Shown: piece by piece, positions 1-11,119 of the stretch
Position numbering within the stretch: position 1 is the first letter of the stretch
How the letters are laid out: each line of letters begins with the position of its first letter
Origin: Lachnospiraceae bacterium
GTDB lineage: Bacteria; Bacillota; Clostridia; Lachnospirales; Lachnospiraceae
Length of the DNA stretch: 64,000 nucleotides
Reading direction: 5' to 3'
Assembly (NCBI GenBank): GCA_021199495.1
Contig: JAJQHY010000087.1
Location: forward strand, 13,628 to 77,627
The notes under the pieces: generated by a model
What the model was told of the DNA's origin: nothing
Seen by the model: the letters and a program-made list of their open reading frames with translations, nothing else
Database searches by the model: none
Translations under genes and position numbers: made by a program

Positions 1-2130
1 GGCCGGTTTAAAAAGAATTTCAGCGCGGAGGGCGTGGAGAAATACGAGAGAAGTCTTTCACTGGATGACGCCCTGTGCCGGGTGGGGTTTCAAAGCGGGG
101 AAACCGTGTATCGGCGGGAAATCCTGATTTCAAATCCTGCGGACTGTATGGTCATGCGTTTCCTCGCGGACGGACCGGATCGGCTGACCTTCTATGTGAA
201 GCTTAACAGAGGGAAGAATTTCGACGGCGTCGGGAGATTCTGCAACGACGGAATCTGTCTGCATGGGAATCTGGGCAGAGGCGGCAGCGAGTATGCGATG
301 GCTCTTCGCGCTTTGGTGAAGGGTGGCAGTGTGGAGGTTTTGGGCGAGACGCTGTGTGTCAGGGGAGCTTCTGAGGCGGTCCTGTATTTCACGGCGGACA
401 CAACCTGGCATTATGGGGAGGAGAAAATTGCAGCCTTCCTGACGGCGACAGATGCCGCTGAGATTGATGAGAAAGACGGGATGAATCCGGTGCAATGGAC
501 ATTCTCAATGCAGGAGGAAACGTCATATCAGGCAAGAATGCAGAGCTTTCTGCAGGATAAATTGCAGAAACGACTGAGCAATGCTATGGAGAAGGGCTGG
601 GAGACGCTGCTGAAAGAGCATGAGGCGGATTATCATTCTCTATATGATCGCTTCTCCTTTTCCTTAGAAGGGGAGGAGCAATATGAAAATGAGCCCACGG
701 ATGAGCGCCTTGCTGCGGTGAAAGAGGGCAGGGCGGATCTGGGGCTGGATTGTATGTTGATGGATTACGGCCGGTATCTCATAATTTCCTGCTCGCGTCC
801 CGGCGGCCTGCCAGCCACCTTACAGGGGCTGTGGAACGCATCCATGAATCCGCCCTGGGACAGCAAATATACGGTCAATATCAATACAGAAATGAATTAC
901 TGGATGGCGGAGCCATGCAATTTAAGCGAGTGTCATGAACCGCTCTTTGATCTGATTTTCAGGATGCGGGAGAGCGGACGTAAAACCGCGCGCGAAATGT
1001 ACGGTTGCCGCGGCTTTGTCTGTCATCATAATACAGATATCCACGCGGATACCGCGCCGCAGGACATCTGGCATCCGGGTTCTTACTGGGTGATGGGCGC
1101 GGCCTGGCTGTGCACACATCTTTGGACACACTATCAGTATACCAGGAATCTGGAGTTTTTAAAAAAGGCTTTCCCGGTGATGGCGGAGGCAGCGTTGTTT
1201 TTCGTGGATTTCCTGACGGAAGAAGGCGGATATCTGGCGACAAATCCTTCTGTTTCGCCGGAGAATTCTTATTTCCTGCCGGATGGAGAAAGCGCCTGTG
1301 TCTGCATCGGTTCGTCCATGGACAACCAGATTTTGCGGGAGCTGTTCGGCGATGTTCTGGCTGCATGGGACGTGCTGTGGGGTCAGACCCCGACAGTGTG
1401 TCGAAAAGAGGAGATGCTTCCGTTCGAGGGTATGGAAAAGATTGAGGGAGTGACGGACATCCCCAGTCTGATGGAAGAGATTTCTGTATGTCTGAAAAGA
1501 CTTCGCCCGGATCAGATCAGTTTGAGGTATGGAACGCTTCAGGAATGGAATGAGGACTATGAGGAAGCGGATCCCGGACACAGGCATATTTCTCATCTGT
1601 TCGCGCTCAACCCTGGGACGCAGATTACGGTAGACCAGACCCCTGAGCTTGCCGCGGCCGCCCGCAGAACGCTTGAGAGGCGCCTTGCAAACGGCGGCGG
1701 TCATACCGGCTGGAGCCGGGCCTGGATCATCAATTTCTGGGCAAGTCTGTGGGACGGAGAGAAGGCATATGAGAATATCTTAAAGCTCTTGGAAATCTCG
1801 ACCTATCCGAATTTATTGGACAGGCATCCGCCCTTTCAGATCGACGGCAACTTCGGCGTCTGCGCCGGTATCTGCAACATGTTGGCACAGTGCCGGGAGG
1901 ATGCGGTGATATTGCTGCCTGCCCTGCCGCAGGCCTGGGAGAGCGGCTCTGTCAGAGGACTTCGTCTGATCGGCAACGCCTCCCTTGACATGGCCTGGGA
2001 GAAGGGCTGTTTAAAGGAGGCGGTGCTTCATGCTGACTCGGATTATCAGACGGTTATCATATATGAGGGAAGAAAAATCCCGGTTACGGTGAAGGCAGGG
2101 GAGAGTTCTGTTCTATGCCCTTTGCCTTAG
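1..2130 (+). CDS. Glycoside hydrolase family 95 alpha-L-fucosidase (5' end outside window)
   Basis: Frame is open from base 1, so the listed start at 34 is an internal GTG. NINTEMNYW and FQIDGNFG motifs are typical of GH95. Confidence 0.85.
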   Translation, partial: GRFKKNFSAEGVEKYERSLSLDDALCRVGFQSGETVYRREILISNPADCMVMRFLADGPDRLTFYVKLNRGKNFDGVGRFCNDGICLHGNLGRGGSEYAMALRALVKGGSVEVLGETLCVRGASEAVLYFTADTTWHYGEEKIAAFLTATDAAEIDEKDGMNPVQWTFSMQEETSYQARMQSFLQDKLQKRLSNAMEKGWETLLKEHEADYHSLYDRFSFSLEGEEQYENEPTDERLAAVKEGRADLGLDCMLMDYGRYLIISCSRPGGLPATLQGLWNASMNPPWDSKYTVNINTEMNYWMAEPCNLSECHEPLFDLIFRMRESGRKTAREMYGCRGFVCHHNTDIHADTAPQDIWHPGSYWVMGAAWLCTHLWTHYQYTRNLEFLKKAFPVMAEAALFFVDFLTEEGGYLATNPSVSPENSYFLPDGESACVCIGSSMDNQILRELFGDVLAAWDVLWGQTPTVCRKEEMLPFEGMEKIEGVTDIPSLMEEISVCLKRLRPDQISLRYGTLQEWNEDYEEADPGHRHISHLFALNPGTQITVDQTPELAAAARRTLERRLANGGGHTGWSRAWIINFWASLWDGEKAYENILKLLEISTYPNLLDRHPPFQIDGNFGVCAGICNMLAQCREDAVILLPALPQAWESGSVRGLRLIGNASLDMAWEKGCLKEAVLHADSDYQTVIIYEGRKIPVTVKAGESSVLCPLP

Positions 2131-3075
2131 AAAGTATGTCACTTCAGCTTCGGCAGGCATGGCGGGGATGGCGCCGGGGCGGCTGGTGGTAAGAGCCGCC
2201 GCCGCGTTCGCATAGGAAAGAATCTGCCTCAGTTCAGTTTCCGGCAGATCTGACAGGCCGCCTTGCCGTCCGGCTAGTTTCGTGAGAACTGCGCCCAGGA
2301 AGGTGTCTCCGGCACCGTTGGTATCAGAAACCGTTACTGAATATCCGGGGACGGTACCGGTTTTTCCATGACAGCGATACAGGACGCCGTCGGCACCCAG
2401 GGTGACCATAACCAGGGAAATTCCCAGCTTTTCTAAATAAACAGCAGCGGCCTCGGGGTCCTCATGACCGGACAGAAGATAGGTTTCTTCGTCGCTGATT
2501 TTTAATATGTCTGTCATTGGAAGTGGCTGGCGCATCATTGTGATGGCTTTGTCTTTGTCAGACCAGAGGGCAGCGCGATAGTTGGGATCATAGGAAATCA
2601 GTTTTCCCTGTTTTCTGACATATTTTACAGTTGACAGCGTAGCACTGCGGCTGGGTTCGTCCGTCAGGCTGACAGAGCCGAAATGGAGAATATCCGTTTT
2701 ATCCAGAATGGATACGGGAATGTTTTCAAAACTCAGAAAAATATCTGCGCCTGGATGGCGGTAGAACTGAAAGGAACGTTCGCCGTTTGAATCGACATTA
2801 ACCACTGCCAGCGTGGTGGGGGCGCTGTCTGTCACATAAAGGCCTTCAATATTGATACCGTCAGCCTCAAGTGTCCCTTGCAGCTGTTTTCCGTAGGCAT
2901 CCCGGCCGATACAGCCGATAAATGCGCTTTTTGCTCCAAGGCGGGCAGCCGCAACAGCCACATTGGCCGGAGCACCGCCGGGATTGGCGGCAAAGAGGGG
3001 AATGTTTGCGGAATTTACCCCTATCTGGGTCAGGTCGATGAGAATTTCACCGATTGCTGTAATTTTATAAGACAT
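2113..3075 (-). CDS. PfkB-family sugar kinase, fructokinase-like
   Basis: ORF 2113..3183 trimmed to the ATG at 3075, which is preceded by GGAGG. N-terminus MSYKITAIGEILIDL and C-terminal NGAGDTFLGA are ribokinase/PfkB signatures. Confidence 0.85.
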   Translation of the reverse strand: MSYKITAIGEILIDLTQIGVNSANIPLFAANPGGAPANVAVAAARLGAKSAFIGCIGRDAYGKQLQGTLEADGINIEGLYVTDSAPTTLAVVNVDSNGERSFQFYRHPGADIFLSFENIPVSILDKTDILHFGSVSLTDEPSRSATLSTVKYVRKQGKLISYDPNYRAALWSDKDKAITMMRQPLPMTDILKISDEETYLLSGHEDPEAAAVYLEKLGISLVMVTLGADGVLYRCHGKTGTVPGYSVTVSDTNGAGDTFLGAVLTKLAGRQGGLSDLPETELRQILSYANAAAALTTSRPGAIPAMPAEAEVTYFLRQRA

Positions 3076-3195
3076 TGCAATACCTCCATATACTATTCTG
3101 GTTACATGCTGCCGCGAAATCCTGTTCACATCAGTCGGCAGTTCTTTCTGATTACCATAACTATCGAGGAGGCAATTTGTCAATTGACGTTTTTT

Positions 3196-4074
3196 TCAGG
3201 GATTCCCGGAATTCTGGATTTTATCTTCTTTAGCGTGACTCAGCCGGTATTCCCGCGGCGACGTCAGCTTATAGCGTCTGAATACGCGTGAAAAATAGGC
3301 CGCATCGTGGAAGCCGCATGAAAATGCAATATCCAGAATTTCCTTTTTGGTGCTGCACAGAAGCTCCGCTGCACATTCCACGCGGTAGAAATTCAGGTAA
3401 TCTATGGGAGTCCGGCCGGTAGCCTCTTTAAAAATCCTGCAGAAGTAGCGGGGAGCGAGGCCGCTCTCGCGGGAAAGATCTTCGAGGGACAAATCCTTGT
3501 CATAATCTACGCGGATGCGCCACAGCACCTTTTTGAGTTCCTCCCGTTTTCTATGGTCTGAGGCTGTTTCTGTTTCGAAGGTGTCGGCGGTTTCAACCAT
3601 GCACCCCAACAGTTCCCAGAGTAAACCGATTACCCGGAATTCATATCCCTGTCTTGTCCTGTACAGGGTATCGCATATCCTGCCTGCCAGTATGGCTTCC
3701 ATACTTTTGGCCGCAAAATTCCGGAACTGGCGGGTAATGAGAAACTGCCACTTCCTGTATAACTCCTGGCATACCTGTCTTCCCTGAAATAATCTGTCGT
3801 AATCGAATACGACGCATTGATATTCGCAGTCCTTTGGCGTCCCTCCATGGATCATGCCAGAAGGAATAAAAGCGGCCTCTCCGGCGGACATAAGGAAGGA
3901 GGCGTTTCCGACTAAAAGACGGAAGCTTCCCTTGTTCACCACAATCAGTTCACATTCCAGGTGCCAGTGAAACGGCATTTCATATCGTATATGCTCTTTT
4001 GTTATATGATAAAACGCAATAGGAAATTCATTTGTTCCGCGCACCAGTTGTTCATGTTCCGATAAATAACGCAT
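3196..4074 (-). CDS. AraC-family transcriptional regulator (cupin + HTH)
   Basis: C-terminal AraC HTH (DIAFSCGFHDAAYFSRVFRRY) and an N-terminal cupin-like region. The ATG at 4074 is preferred over the TTG at 4155, which has no RBS. Confidence 0.8.
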   Translation of the reverse strand: MRYLSEHEQLVRGTNEFPIAFYHITKEHIRYEMPFHWHLECELIVVNKGSFRLLVGNASFLMSAGEAAFIPSGMIHGGTPKDCEYQCVVFDYDRLFQGRQVCQELYRKWQFLITRQFRNFAAKSMEAILAGRICDTLYRTRQGYEFRVIGLLWELLGCMVETADTFETETASDHRKREELKKVLWRIRVDYDKDLSLEDLSRESGLAPRYFCRIFKEATGRTPIDYLNFYRVECAAELLCSTKKEILDIAFSCGFHDAAYFSRVFRRYKLTSPREYRLSHAKEDKIQNSGNP

Positions 4075-4258
4075 TTCCAAGACCTTTCTGTTCTTATTCT
4101 TACGCGTTCCTTTATTCAGCGAATCATTGTGTTTCAAAAAGTGAATATTGTCCAAGTAATAATCATTTTATCACAGGAAATTCCGTGAAATCAATGATAT
4201 GATTGTATTAATTTAAACAACGGGTATATGGAAATGAAAGGATTGCGGAGGAATTGTT

Positions 4259-4696
4259 ATGTTAAAAAAAATACCTTCCATTTTATCCCCTGATCTTCTG
4301 AAAGCCCTGATGGAAATGGGGCATGGGGATGAAATCGTACTCGGCGATGGAAATTTTCCGGCGCAGTCTGTAGGCAGGGACGCCATCGTGATTCGCGCGG
4401 ACGGCCATCACGTGAATGAACTGCTCGATGCCATTCTCACCATGATGCCGCTGGATCAGTATGTGGAAAATCCGGTCGGACTGATGGCGGTGGTACCTGG
4501 CGATCCGGTTAAGCCTGTCATCTGGGATGTGTATCGCGAAACGCTTGCCCGCCATGGCGAAAATCCGGCGCATATCGAGTTTGTTGAGCGATTTGCCTTT
4601 TATGAGCGGGCCAGGAAAGCCTACTGTATCGTTGCCACGGGAGAAACGGAAATTTACGCCAATATTTTATTAAAAAAAGGCGTCGTAGTAAAATAG
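4259..4696 (+). CDS. fucU: L-fucose mutarotase (RbsD/FucU family)
   Basis: 145 aa. LKALMEMGHGDEIVLGDGNFPA is the typical FucU N-terminus. Good RBS, and fucI is adjacent. Confidence 0.85.
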   Translation: MLKKIPSILSPDLLKALMEMGHGDEIVLGDGNFPAQSVGRDAIVIRADGHHVNELLDAILTMMPLDQYVENPVGLMAVVPGDPVKPVIWDVYRETLARHGENPAHIEFVERFAFYERARKAYCIVATGETEIYANILLKKGVVVK

Positions 4697-4720
4697 GAAA
4701 ATCATAAGGAGGTACACAAC

Positions 4721-6505
4721 ATGCTTTATCCGAAAATCGGGATACGTCCCGTCATCGACGGCCGCTGGGGCGGTGTTCGCGAGAGCCTGGAGGTTCAGAC
4801 CATGAACATGGCCAACGGCGCGGCCGCACTGATTTCCGAGAATCTCAGATACCCGGACGGCACGCCCGTTCAGTGTGTCGTCGGCTCTACGACCATCGGC
4901 GGCGGCGCGGAGGCTGCCAGGGTGGCGGAGCAGTTTTCCACGGAAAATGTGGTGGCGACCCTGTCTGTCACGCCCTGCTGGTGCTACGGCACGGAGACCT
5001 TTGATATGGATCCGAACACCATCAAGGCTGTCTGGGGCTTCAACGGAACGGAGCGTCCGGGTGCGGTATATCTGGCCGCGGTTCTGGCTGCACATGCGCA
5101 GAGAGGACTGCCTGCCTTTTCCATCTACGGACATGACGTGCAGGATGCCAATGACACCTCCATTCCCGCGGATGTCGCTGAGAAGATTCTGCGCTTCGCC
5201 AGATGTGCAGTGGCCGTGGGCTGGATGAAGAATAAGTCCTATGTGAACGTGGGAGCCATCGCCATGGGTATCGCGGGCAGCTACTGTGACGCGGATGTGA
5301 TGCAGCAGTATCTCGGGATCCGGGCCGAGTGGGTGGATGAGGTGGAAATCCTGCGCCGGATGGCTTTGCACATCTATGATGAGGACGAGTATCAGGCCGC
5401 CCTATCGTGGATTAAGGCAAACTGCCCGGAAGGACTGGATAAAAACCTGGGCAAAATTCTGCCGGAGATTATCACCCGCTCCAAACTGATCGAGCCTGAC
5501 AAGGACTGGGAATTCGTCGCGAAGATGACGATCATCATCCGGGATATCCTCTTCGGCAATCCGAAGCTGGACGCACTGGGCTGGCATGAGGAGGCGCTGG
5601 GCAAAAACGCGGTCGCCGGCGGCTTCCAGGGACAGCGGCAGTGGACAGACTGGTTGCCGAACGCGGACTTCACGGAGGCCATTCTGGCGTCTACATTTGA
5701 CTGGAACGGTGTCAAAGCGCCCACCGCATTTGCCACGGAAAATGATACCTGCAACGGCATTTCCATGCTGTTGGGCACTCTGGTCAGCAACAGCGCGCCC
5801 TGCTTCCACGATGTGCGCACCTACTGGAGTCCCGAGGCATGTGAGCGAGTAACCGGCAGAAAGCCGGAGGGTGTGGCCGCGGGCGGATTCATTCATCTGA
5901 TTAACTCCGGCGCGACCGCCTTAGACGGCAGCGGCGCGTCAAAGAACGAAAACGGACACGGTTGCATGAAGCCTTTCTGGAACATGACCGAAGAGGATGT
6001 GAAAGCCTGCCTGAAGGCCACCGACTGGCGCAGAGCGGACTATGAATATTTCCGCGGAGGTGGATTCTCCAGTCATTTCCGCTGCAGAGCCGAGATGCCT
6101 GTGACGATGCTTCGCTTCAATATCGTGCAGGGCGTCGGCCCCATACTGCAGATCGCGGAAGGCTACACGGCAGACCTGCCGGATGAGATTCATGAAGTGA
6201 TTGACAAGCGTACGGACTTCACCTGGCCGACTACCTGGTTTGCGCCGCGCCTCACCGGAGAGGGCGCATTCAAGGACGTATATTCCGTCATGGCCAACTG
6301 GGGTGCCAACCACGGTGTAACTGTATACGGTCATGTGGGAGCGGATCTGATTACGTTAGCTTCCATGCTGCGCATTCCGGTATCTATGCACAATGTACCG
6401 GAGGATAAGATCTATCGTCCGCACGCCTGGGCCAGCTTCGGCACCCAGGATAAGCAGGCGGCTGATTATGCCGCGTGTAAGAATTATGGGCCGCTTTATC
6501 GCTGA
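4721..6505 (+). CDS. fucI: L-fucose isomerase
   Basis: 594 aa. N-terminus [21 protein letters not shown] and the length match FucI. AGGAGG RBS. Confidence 0.9.
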   Translation: MLYPKIGIRPVIDGRWGGVRESLEVQTMNMANGAAALISENLRYPDGTPVQCVVGSTTIGGGAEAARVAEQFSTENVVATLSVTPCWCYGTETFDMDPNTIKAVWGFNGTERPGAVYLAAVLAAHAQRGLPAFSIYGHDVQDANDTSIPADVAEKILRFARCAVAVGWMKNKSYVNVGAIAMGIAGSYCDADVMQQYLGIRAEWVDEVEILRRMALHIYDEDEYQAALSWIKANCPEGLDKNLGKILPEIITRSKLIEPDKDWEFVAKMTIIIRDILFGNPKLDALGWHEEALGKNAVAGGFQGQRQWTDWLPNADFTEAILASTFDWNGVKAPTAFATENDTCNGISMLLGTLVSNSAPCFHDVRTYWSPEACERVTGRKPEGVAAGGFIHLINSGATALDGSGASKNENGHGCMKPFWNMTEEDVKACLKATDWRRADYEYFRGGGFSSHFRCRAEMPVTMLRFNIVQGVGPILQIAEGYTADLPDEIHEVIDKRTDFTWPTTWFAPRLTGEGAFKDVYSVMANWGANHGVTVYGHVGADLITLASMLRIPVSMHNVPEDKIYRPHAWASFGTQDKQAADYAACKNYGPLYR

Positions 6506-6719
6506 TATCATGGGCGCTCTTTACTCGTGACAGAATGAAATCTTTATAATACCTGCATTACTGTGCCTGCTTTCGGATTTTAAGTTTATGAGGAAACAGG
6601 CACAGTTTTATGTTACAATAAGCAGAGAGCAGTGATCTGTAAAGAAGGGTTCCGTTTGTTGAGAAAACATCCTCAGGGAAACAGGTCAGTATTTCGTGAT
6701 GCTGAAGGAGAAGCCGCAT

Positions 6720-8867
6720 ATGAAAACGAGAAAAAATGTAGTTCATAATGTTGTTCGATACCGTTATCAGCGTATTTTTACGAGTATCATGATGACCTTC
6801 GCGCTGGTATTCGCTCTGTGTGCCAGTGGTTATATTTTCTTTCACAGTGTACAGACAGAATATACCTACAATCAGGGTGTGATAGAAAATAATGCCGCCT
6901 CCTTTGAAACGATGTATTCGATTGCCTGTCAGTCCGTGAGCAACATCCGGACCAGTTCCTCGGCCAGCGCCTGGGCTGCAGCCAAAACGGAAAGCACTGA
7001 GAGACTGGAGGGCGTTCATCTTCTGGCAGAGATCAAAAAGCAGGTTACATGGCTGAACAGCTACAGCTATTCTATCGGTGCCTGGAAAATCGGCGCTACG
7101 GTGACGCAGTGTTATATGAACAGTGCGTCAACAGATGACATTGATTTCTTCTCCGCACAATTCGGGGTGGAGCAGATGGAAGACTGGATTTCCATTGTGG
7201 AGCAAGTGCGCAGTTATGGCACCTATTTTCTGCCTGCCGTTGGAACGCAGAATGAGGAAAGTCTGATTTGTCTGTTTTATAATCGTCATACATCAGGGGA
7301 GGCCATCTATTTCCTGCTTTTGCCGATTACGTCGGTGGACGGTAACTGGGCGCTGGTATGGAACGGAACCGTTATTTCCACCAATATGGATGAGGATTCG
7401 GAAGGGGATTATGCAATGCTGCAAAAAACGCTGGCGGAGGGGACAGATCAGGGCGGCGTGCTTCGGCATTGGACCTCTCATGTCTATCGTGTGGATGTAG
7501 CGGACGGGCAGCTTCAGTATTACTGGTTTCCAGAAGACACCATGGCACAGCAGTTTCTGACCCTGGCGGCCAGCTTTCTGATTTTGATGGGAGTCTTCAG
7601 CGTGGGGATGTTTTTGCTGACGCAGAGAATATACAGACCGGTGCGCAGCTTCATGCAGGAGCTGGAGATTGAAAACCCGCAGGGCGAGATTGATGAGTTT
7701 GCCATGCTTCGCAACAACGTGATTCAGCTGAAGCTGCTCAACCGGAAAATGGAGGAAATGCTGGAAAATCATCGCATTCAGAGTCAGGAGGATCTGTATG
7801 TCAGACTGCTTTCCGGAAGCACGGTGTCCAAAAAGACGGTGGAATATGACTCAGTATGCGTCGTTGTGTTTGCTGTGGATGAGGAAATGGACGACGACAG
7901 CCGTTTCCTGTTAAAAAATGATATACGTATCTTTGCGAAGCAGTATGGCCTGATTTTTGTCAGCATGCCGCAGGAAAGATGGGTCATGATTTTTCAGGAT
8001 CGGGATGTGGATTGGGTGGAACAGACTGTCCGGCAGCTTTTTTCGGAGATTATGGAGGACAGAAATGTGACCGCCGCGATCAGCGAGGCAAAGACCGGGC
8101 AGATGGCTCTCAGACAGGCATACAAACAGGCCGGCAGCCTGCTGCGTATACAGGAACTGCGTCCTGACGAAGAGATTCTCAGGGCTGACAGAATGAAAAT
8201 AACAACGCAGGAGAGCTATTATTATCCTGTGACGACAGAAAACCAGTTGATTCACTGGACTCTGGAGGGTGACAGCGCGGCACTGGATCTGTTTGACGAG
8301 TGTGTGCGGGACAATCTCCAGGGCAGAAAAATCGCCATCCAGCAGGTGGAGGGCTTTATCCTCGCCCTGGTGAGCACGATCAATCGGATTTACTCTCAGA
8401 TGGGAACTGAAAAGGCTTTCGAACGCCCGGTTTCCGGCGCGGAGGTGCTGGCTCTTTACGACGCTGAGGGAGAGCAGGAGGCGGTTTCTCTGCTTCGGAA
8501 TGAAATACAGAAAATGATAGAGGCGGTCGCATCTCAGAGAACCCAGGGCGATACGGCGCTGATGAATCGAATGCTCAGTTTTATTCATGATCATTATATG
8601 TATGATATTGGTCTGGCGGATATTGCGCAGGAGATGGGCATCACACCGCAGCGGTGCAGTCTGGTATTTAAACAATTGACCAATGAAAATTTCAAGAATT
8701 ATCTGAACGGTTATCGTGTCAAAATGGCGCAGCAGCTGCAGCGGGAAGATCCGGATATTACGACCAATGAGCTGGCGCAGCTGGTGGGCTTTAACAGCGC
8801 GAACAGTTTTATCCGGGTGTACAAAAAGTACACAGGTATTTCCCCGCAGAATTATATCCCCAAATAA
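6720..8867 (+). CDS. Membrane-anchored AraC-type one-component regulator
   Basis: Two hydrophobic segments (residues about 25-50 and about 295-315 of the ORF) flank a putative extracytoplasmic domain. C-terminal AraC HTH (SANSFIRVYKKYTGISP). The ATG at 6720 follows GAAGGAG; alternative starts are 6696 and 6699. Confidence 0.7.
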   Translation: MKTRKNVVHNVVRYRYQRIFTSIMMTFALVFALCASGYIFFHSVQTEYTYNQGVIENNAASFETMYSIACQSVSNIRTSSSASAWAAAKTESTERLEGVHLLAEIKKQVTWLNSYSYSIGAWKIGATVTQCYMNSASTDDIDFFSAQFGVEQMEDWISIVEQVRSYGTYFLPAVGTQNEESLICLFYNRHTSGEAIYFLLLPITSVDGNWALVWNGTVISTNMDEDSEGDYAMLQKTLAEGTDQGGVLRHWTSHVYRVDVADGQLQYYWFPEDTMAQQFLTLAASFLILMGVFSVGMFLLTQRIYRPVRSFMQELEIENPQGEIDEFAMLRNNVIQLKLLNRKMEEMLENHRIQSQEDLYVRLLSGSTVSKKTVEYDSVCVVVFAVDEEMDDDSRFLLKNDIRIFAKQYGLIFVSMPQERWVMIFQDRDVDWVEQTVRQLFSEIMEDRNVTAAISEAKTGQMALRQAYKQAGSLLRIQELRPDEEILRADRMKITTQESYYYPVTTENQLIHWTLEGDSAALDLFDECVRDNLQGRKIAIQQVEGFILALVSTINRIYSQMGTEKAFERPVSGAEVLALYDAEGEQEAVSLLRNEIQKMIEAVASQRTQGDTALMNRMLSFIHDHYMYDIGLADIAQEMGITPQRCSLVFKQLTNENFKNYLNGYRVKMAQQLQREDPDITTNELAQLVGFNSANSFIRVYKKYTGISPQNYIPK

Positions 8868-8882
8868 AAAAGTGAGAAGCTT

Positions 8883-8912
8883 ACCCCGGTTTTGCGGCCG
8901 GGGCTTTCTTTT
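8883..8912 (+). terminator. Rho-independent terminator
   Basis: CCCCGG / CCGGGG stem followed by a CTTTCTTTTT tail, directly after the regulator stop. Confidence 0.6.
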
Positions 8913-9030
8913 TGTAAAAAAGCAGATTGTCAGAGTATGGGAACAGCGCATTAAATTACCCTGACGCAGCCCCCCTGCATTGGATAAATGCACATATGAT
9001 AAAAAAGTGAATATTCAAAAATCCGTCAAA

Positions 9031-9153
9031 ACAGACAATTTCACAAGAGAAAAACTGTGAAAAAGTCTTAAAAACAGACAAAAAAAGAACATTGTGAAAA
9101 AAGGTGAAGATTTACTTTCCGGGCAATTTCTGTCAGGATGGGGTCACAGACAA
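9031..9153 (+). promoter_or_regulatory. Three direct copies of ACAGACAA upstream of the ABC operon (candidate operator)
   Basis: ACAGACAA occurs at 9031, 9074 and 9146. Paired TGTGAAAAAG motifs occur at about 9056 and 9093. All lie in the same orientation between the regulator and the permease start. Confidence 0.3.
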
Positions 9154-9203
9154 TTGATCAATTGAACGCAACAAATCAAACAAAAAAGGAGGATATCAGG
9201 CCA

Positions 9204-10115
9204 ATGCTTTTGTCACTGAAAAAAAGACTGAAAAAGACAGACTGGCTCCTGCTACTGTTACTGGCGCCGGGGATCATATGGCTGGTCATGTTTGCCTACG
9301 TACCGATTGCGGGCATCCGGATGGCTTTTTACAATTATAATGTATTCAAAGGCTTTACCGGCAGTACATTTGTGGGTCTGCAGAATTTTAAAACCCTGTT
9401 CCAGGGAGCGGACTTCCCGAGGGCGCTTCGCAATACGCTGATTATTGGTGGGCTGCAGCTTTTGTTTTGCTTCCCGTTTCCGATTTTCCTGGCGATTGTG
9501 ATCAATCAGGTGCGGATTAAGTTTCTGGGAAAGCTGACGCAGACGCTGACCTTCATTCCGTACTTTATCTCCACGGTGGTGGCCTGTGGTATGGTAGTCA
9601 GCTTCTGCTCCCCCAGTACGGGCATCATCAACCTGATCCGCAATTTTTTCGGATTGGATTCTATCTACTTTCTGGTGCAGGCCAAATATTTCCGCGCCAT
9701 CTACATCATCCTGAATTTGTGGAAAAATTCCGGATACAACGCGGTGGTCTATATTGCAGCGTTAGCAGGTATTGATGAGGGTCTGTATGAAGCGGCCAGT
9801 CTGGATGGAGCCAGCCGTTTAAAGCAGATCTGGTATGTCACTCTTCCGGGACTGATGAATACCATCGTGGTCATGCTGATTCTGAATGTGGGCGGTATCA
9901 TCAAGGTGGGTTATGAGACCATTATTCTGTTGTATCAACCCTCTACATATGAAACGGCCGATGTCATCAGTACGCTGACCTATCGTCTTGGTATTGTACA
10001 GAATAACTTTGGTATTTCCACCGCGGCGGGACTGTTTGAATCCCTGGTAGCTCTGGTTCTGGTGCTGCTGACCAATTACGCCAGCAAGAAGTTTACAGAA
10101 TCATCCATGTTCTAG
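9204..10115 (+). CDS. ABC sugar transporter permease (LplB/YteP-type)
   Basis: Multi-TM protein with an EAA-like loop (AASLDGASRLKQIWYVTLP). Start trimmed to the ATG at 9204, downstream of AGGAGG. Confidence 0.85.
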   Translation: MLLSLKKRLKKTDWLLLLLLAPGIIWLVMFAYVPIAGIRMAFYNYNVFKGFTGSTFVGLQNFKTLFQGADFPRALRNTLIIGGLQLLFCFPFPIFLAIVINQVRIKFLGKLTQTLTFIPYFISTVVACGMVVSFCSPSTGIINLIRNFFGLDSIYFLVQAKYFRAIYIILNLWKNSGYNAVVYIAALAGIDEGLYEAASLDGASRLKQIWYVTLPGLMNTIVVMLILNVGGIIKVGYETIILLYQPSTYETADVISTLTYRLGIVQNNFGISTAAGLFESLVALVLVLLTNYASKKFTESSMF

Positions 10116-10128
10116 GAGGGGAAGGATT

Positions 10129-11031
10129 ATGAAAGCAAAAAACAAATCAGGTAATGACATGTTTCAGGGAATGAGCGATCGGATTTTTAACATCGTAGTC
10201 ATTCTGATAGCCATTGCGGTATGTATCGTCGCTCTTTACCCCATGTGGTATGTGCTGATTGCTTCCTTCAGCAGGCCTTTCTATGTCAGTGATGGCAGCG
10301 TGGTGCTTTTTCCGGGGGGATTTACGCTGGCGGCCTATATCAAAGCGTTCAATACAGACAGCATCTGGACCGGTTATCTGAATACCATCATTATCACGGT
10401 AGGAGGTGTGGCAGTCAACATGTTCTTCTCTGTGACGCTTGCCTATGCACTCTCCAAAAAGGAGCTTCCGTTAAAAAGGTTCTTCACGTTGTTCGTAGCC
10501 TTTACCATGTGGTTCAGCGCAGGTATGCTGCCTTTGTACCAGACCATCCGTTCCTACCATCTGACCAACAGTCATTTTGGAATCATGCTCAGCTTTGCAA
10601 TCAACGTATATAACGTATTCATCCTGAAAAGCTTTTTCGAGCAGGTACCAAGTGACTTTGAAGAGGCTGCCAGAATTGACGGCGCCAACACGCTGACCAT
10701 TTTTGCCTGGATTTATCTGCCTCTTTCCAAGGCGGCCCTGGCGACGGTGACCCTGTTTTACATGGTATCCCGCTGGAATGGTTACTTCTGGGCGAGCATT
10801 TTGATGACGGACGATGACAAACAGCCTCTGCAGGTGGTGCTCAAAAAACTGCTGGTGGATCAGACCAATCTGGTGGACGCAGAGACCGCCATCACCCCGG
10901 ATACTCTGGTGTCGGGCACGACTGTGGCCTACGCCATCATTGTGGTGGCGACCGTTCCCATGCTGGTAATATATCCCTTTATCCAGAAATACTTTAAGAG
11001 CGGTGTTACCCTGGGCGGTGTTAAAGGATAA
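10129..11031 (+). CDS. ABC sugar transporter permease (LplC-type)
   Basis: Multi-TM protein with the EAARIDGAN permease signature. AGGAGG RBS. Confidence 0.85.
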   Translation: MKAKNKSGNDMFQGMSDRIFNIVVILIAIAVCIVALYPMWYVLIASFSRPFYVSDGSVVLFPGGFTLAAYIKAFNTDSIWTGYLNTIIITVGGVAVNMFFSVTLAYALSKKELPLKRFFTLFVAFTMWFSAGMLPLYQTIRSYHLTNSHFGIMLSFAINVYNVFILKSFFEQVPSDFEEAARIDGANTLTIFAWIYLPLSKAALATVTLFYMVSRWNGYFWASILMTDDDKQPLQVVLKKLLVDQTNLVDAETAITPDTLVSGTTVAYAIIVVATVPMLVIYPFIQKYFKSGVTLGGVKG

Positions 11032-11119
11032 TTGTAAAAATGAATTCCGCGCTTTTGCGGAATTTACAGTCGGCGTTTTTGTGACGCCGGATAAAAAATT
11101 TCAAAAGGAGAAAAACAAA

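Noticed and set aside
2113-2130. 18-nt overlap between the GH95 and PfkB kinase 3' ends
   Set aside because: A convergent stop-region overlap is unremarkable and does not indicate a misannotation.
4670-5371. 233-aa minus-strand ORF
   Set aside because: Antisense to fucI. The Gly/Arg/His-rich composition is typical of a GC-rich shadow frame.
7911-8993. 360-aa ORF on the minus strand
   Set aside because: It is entirely antisense to the well-supported AraC-type regulator gene. Its low-complexity, Arg/Leu/His-rich translation has no motifs or RBS. This is a typical shadow ORF.
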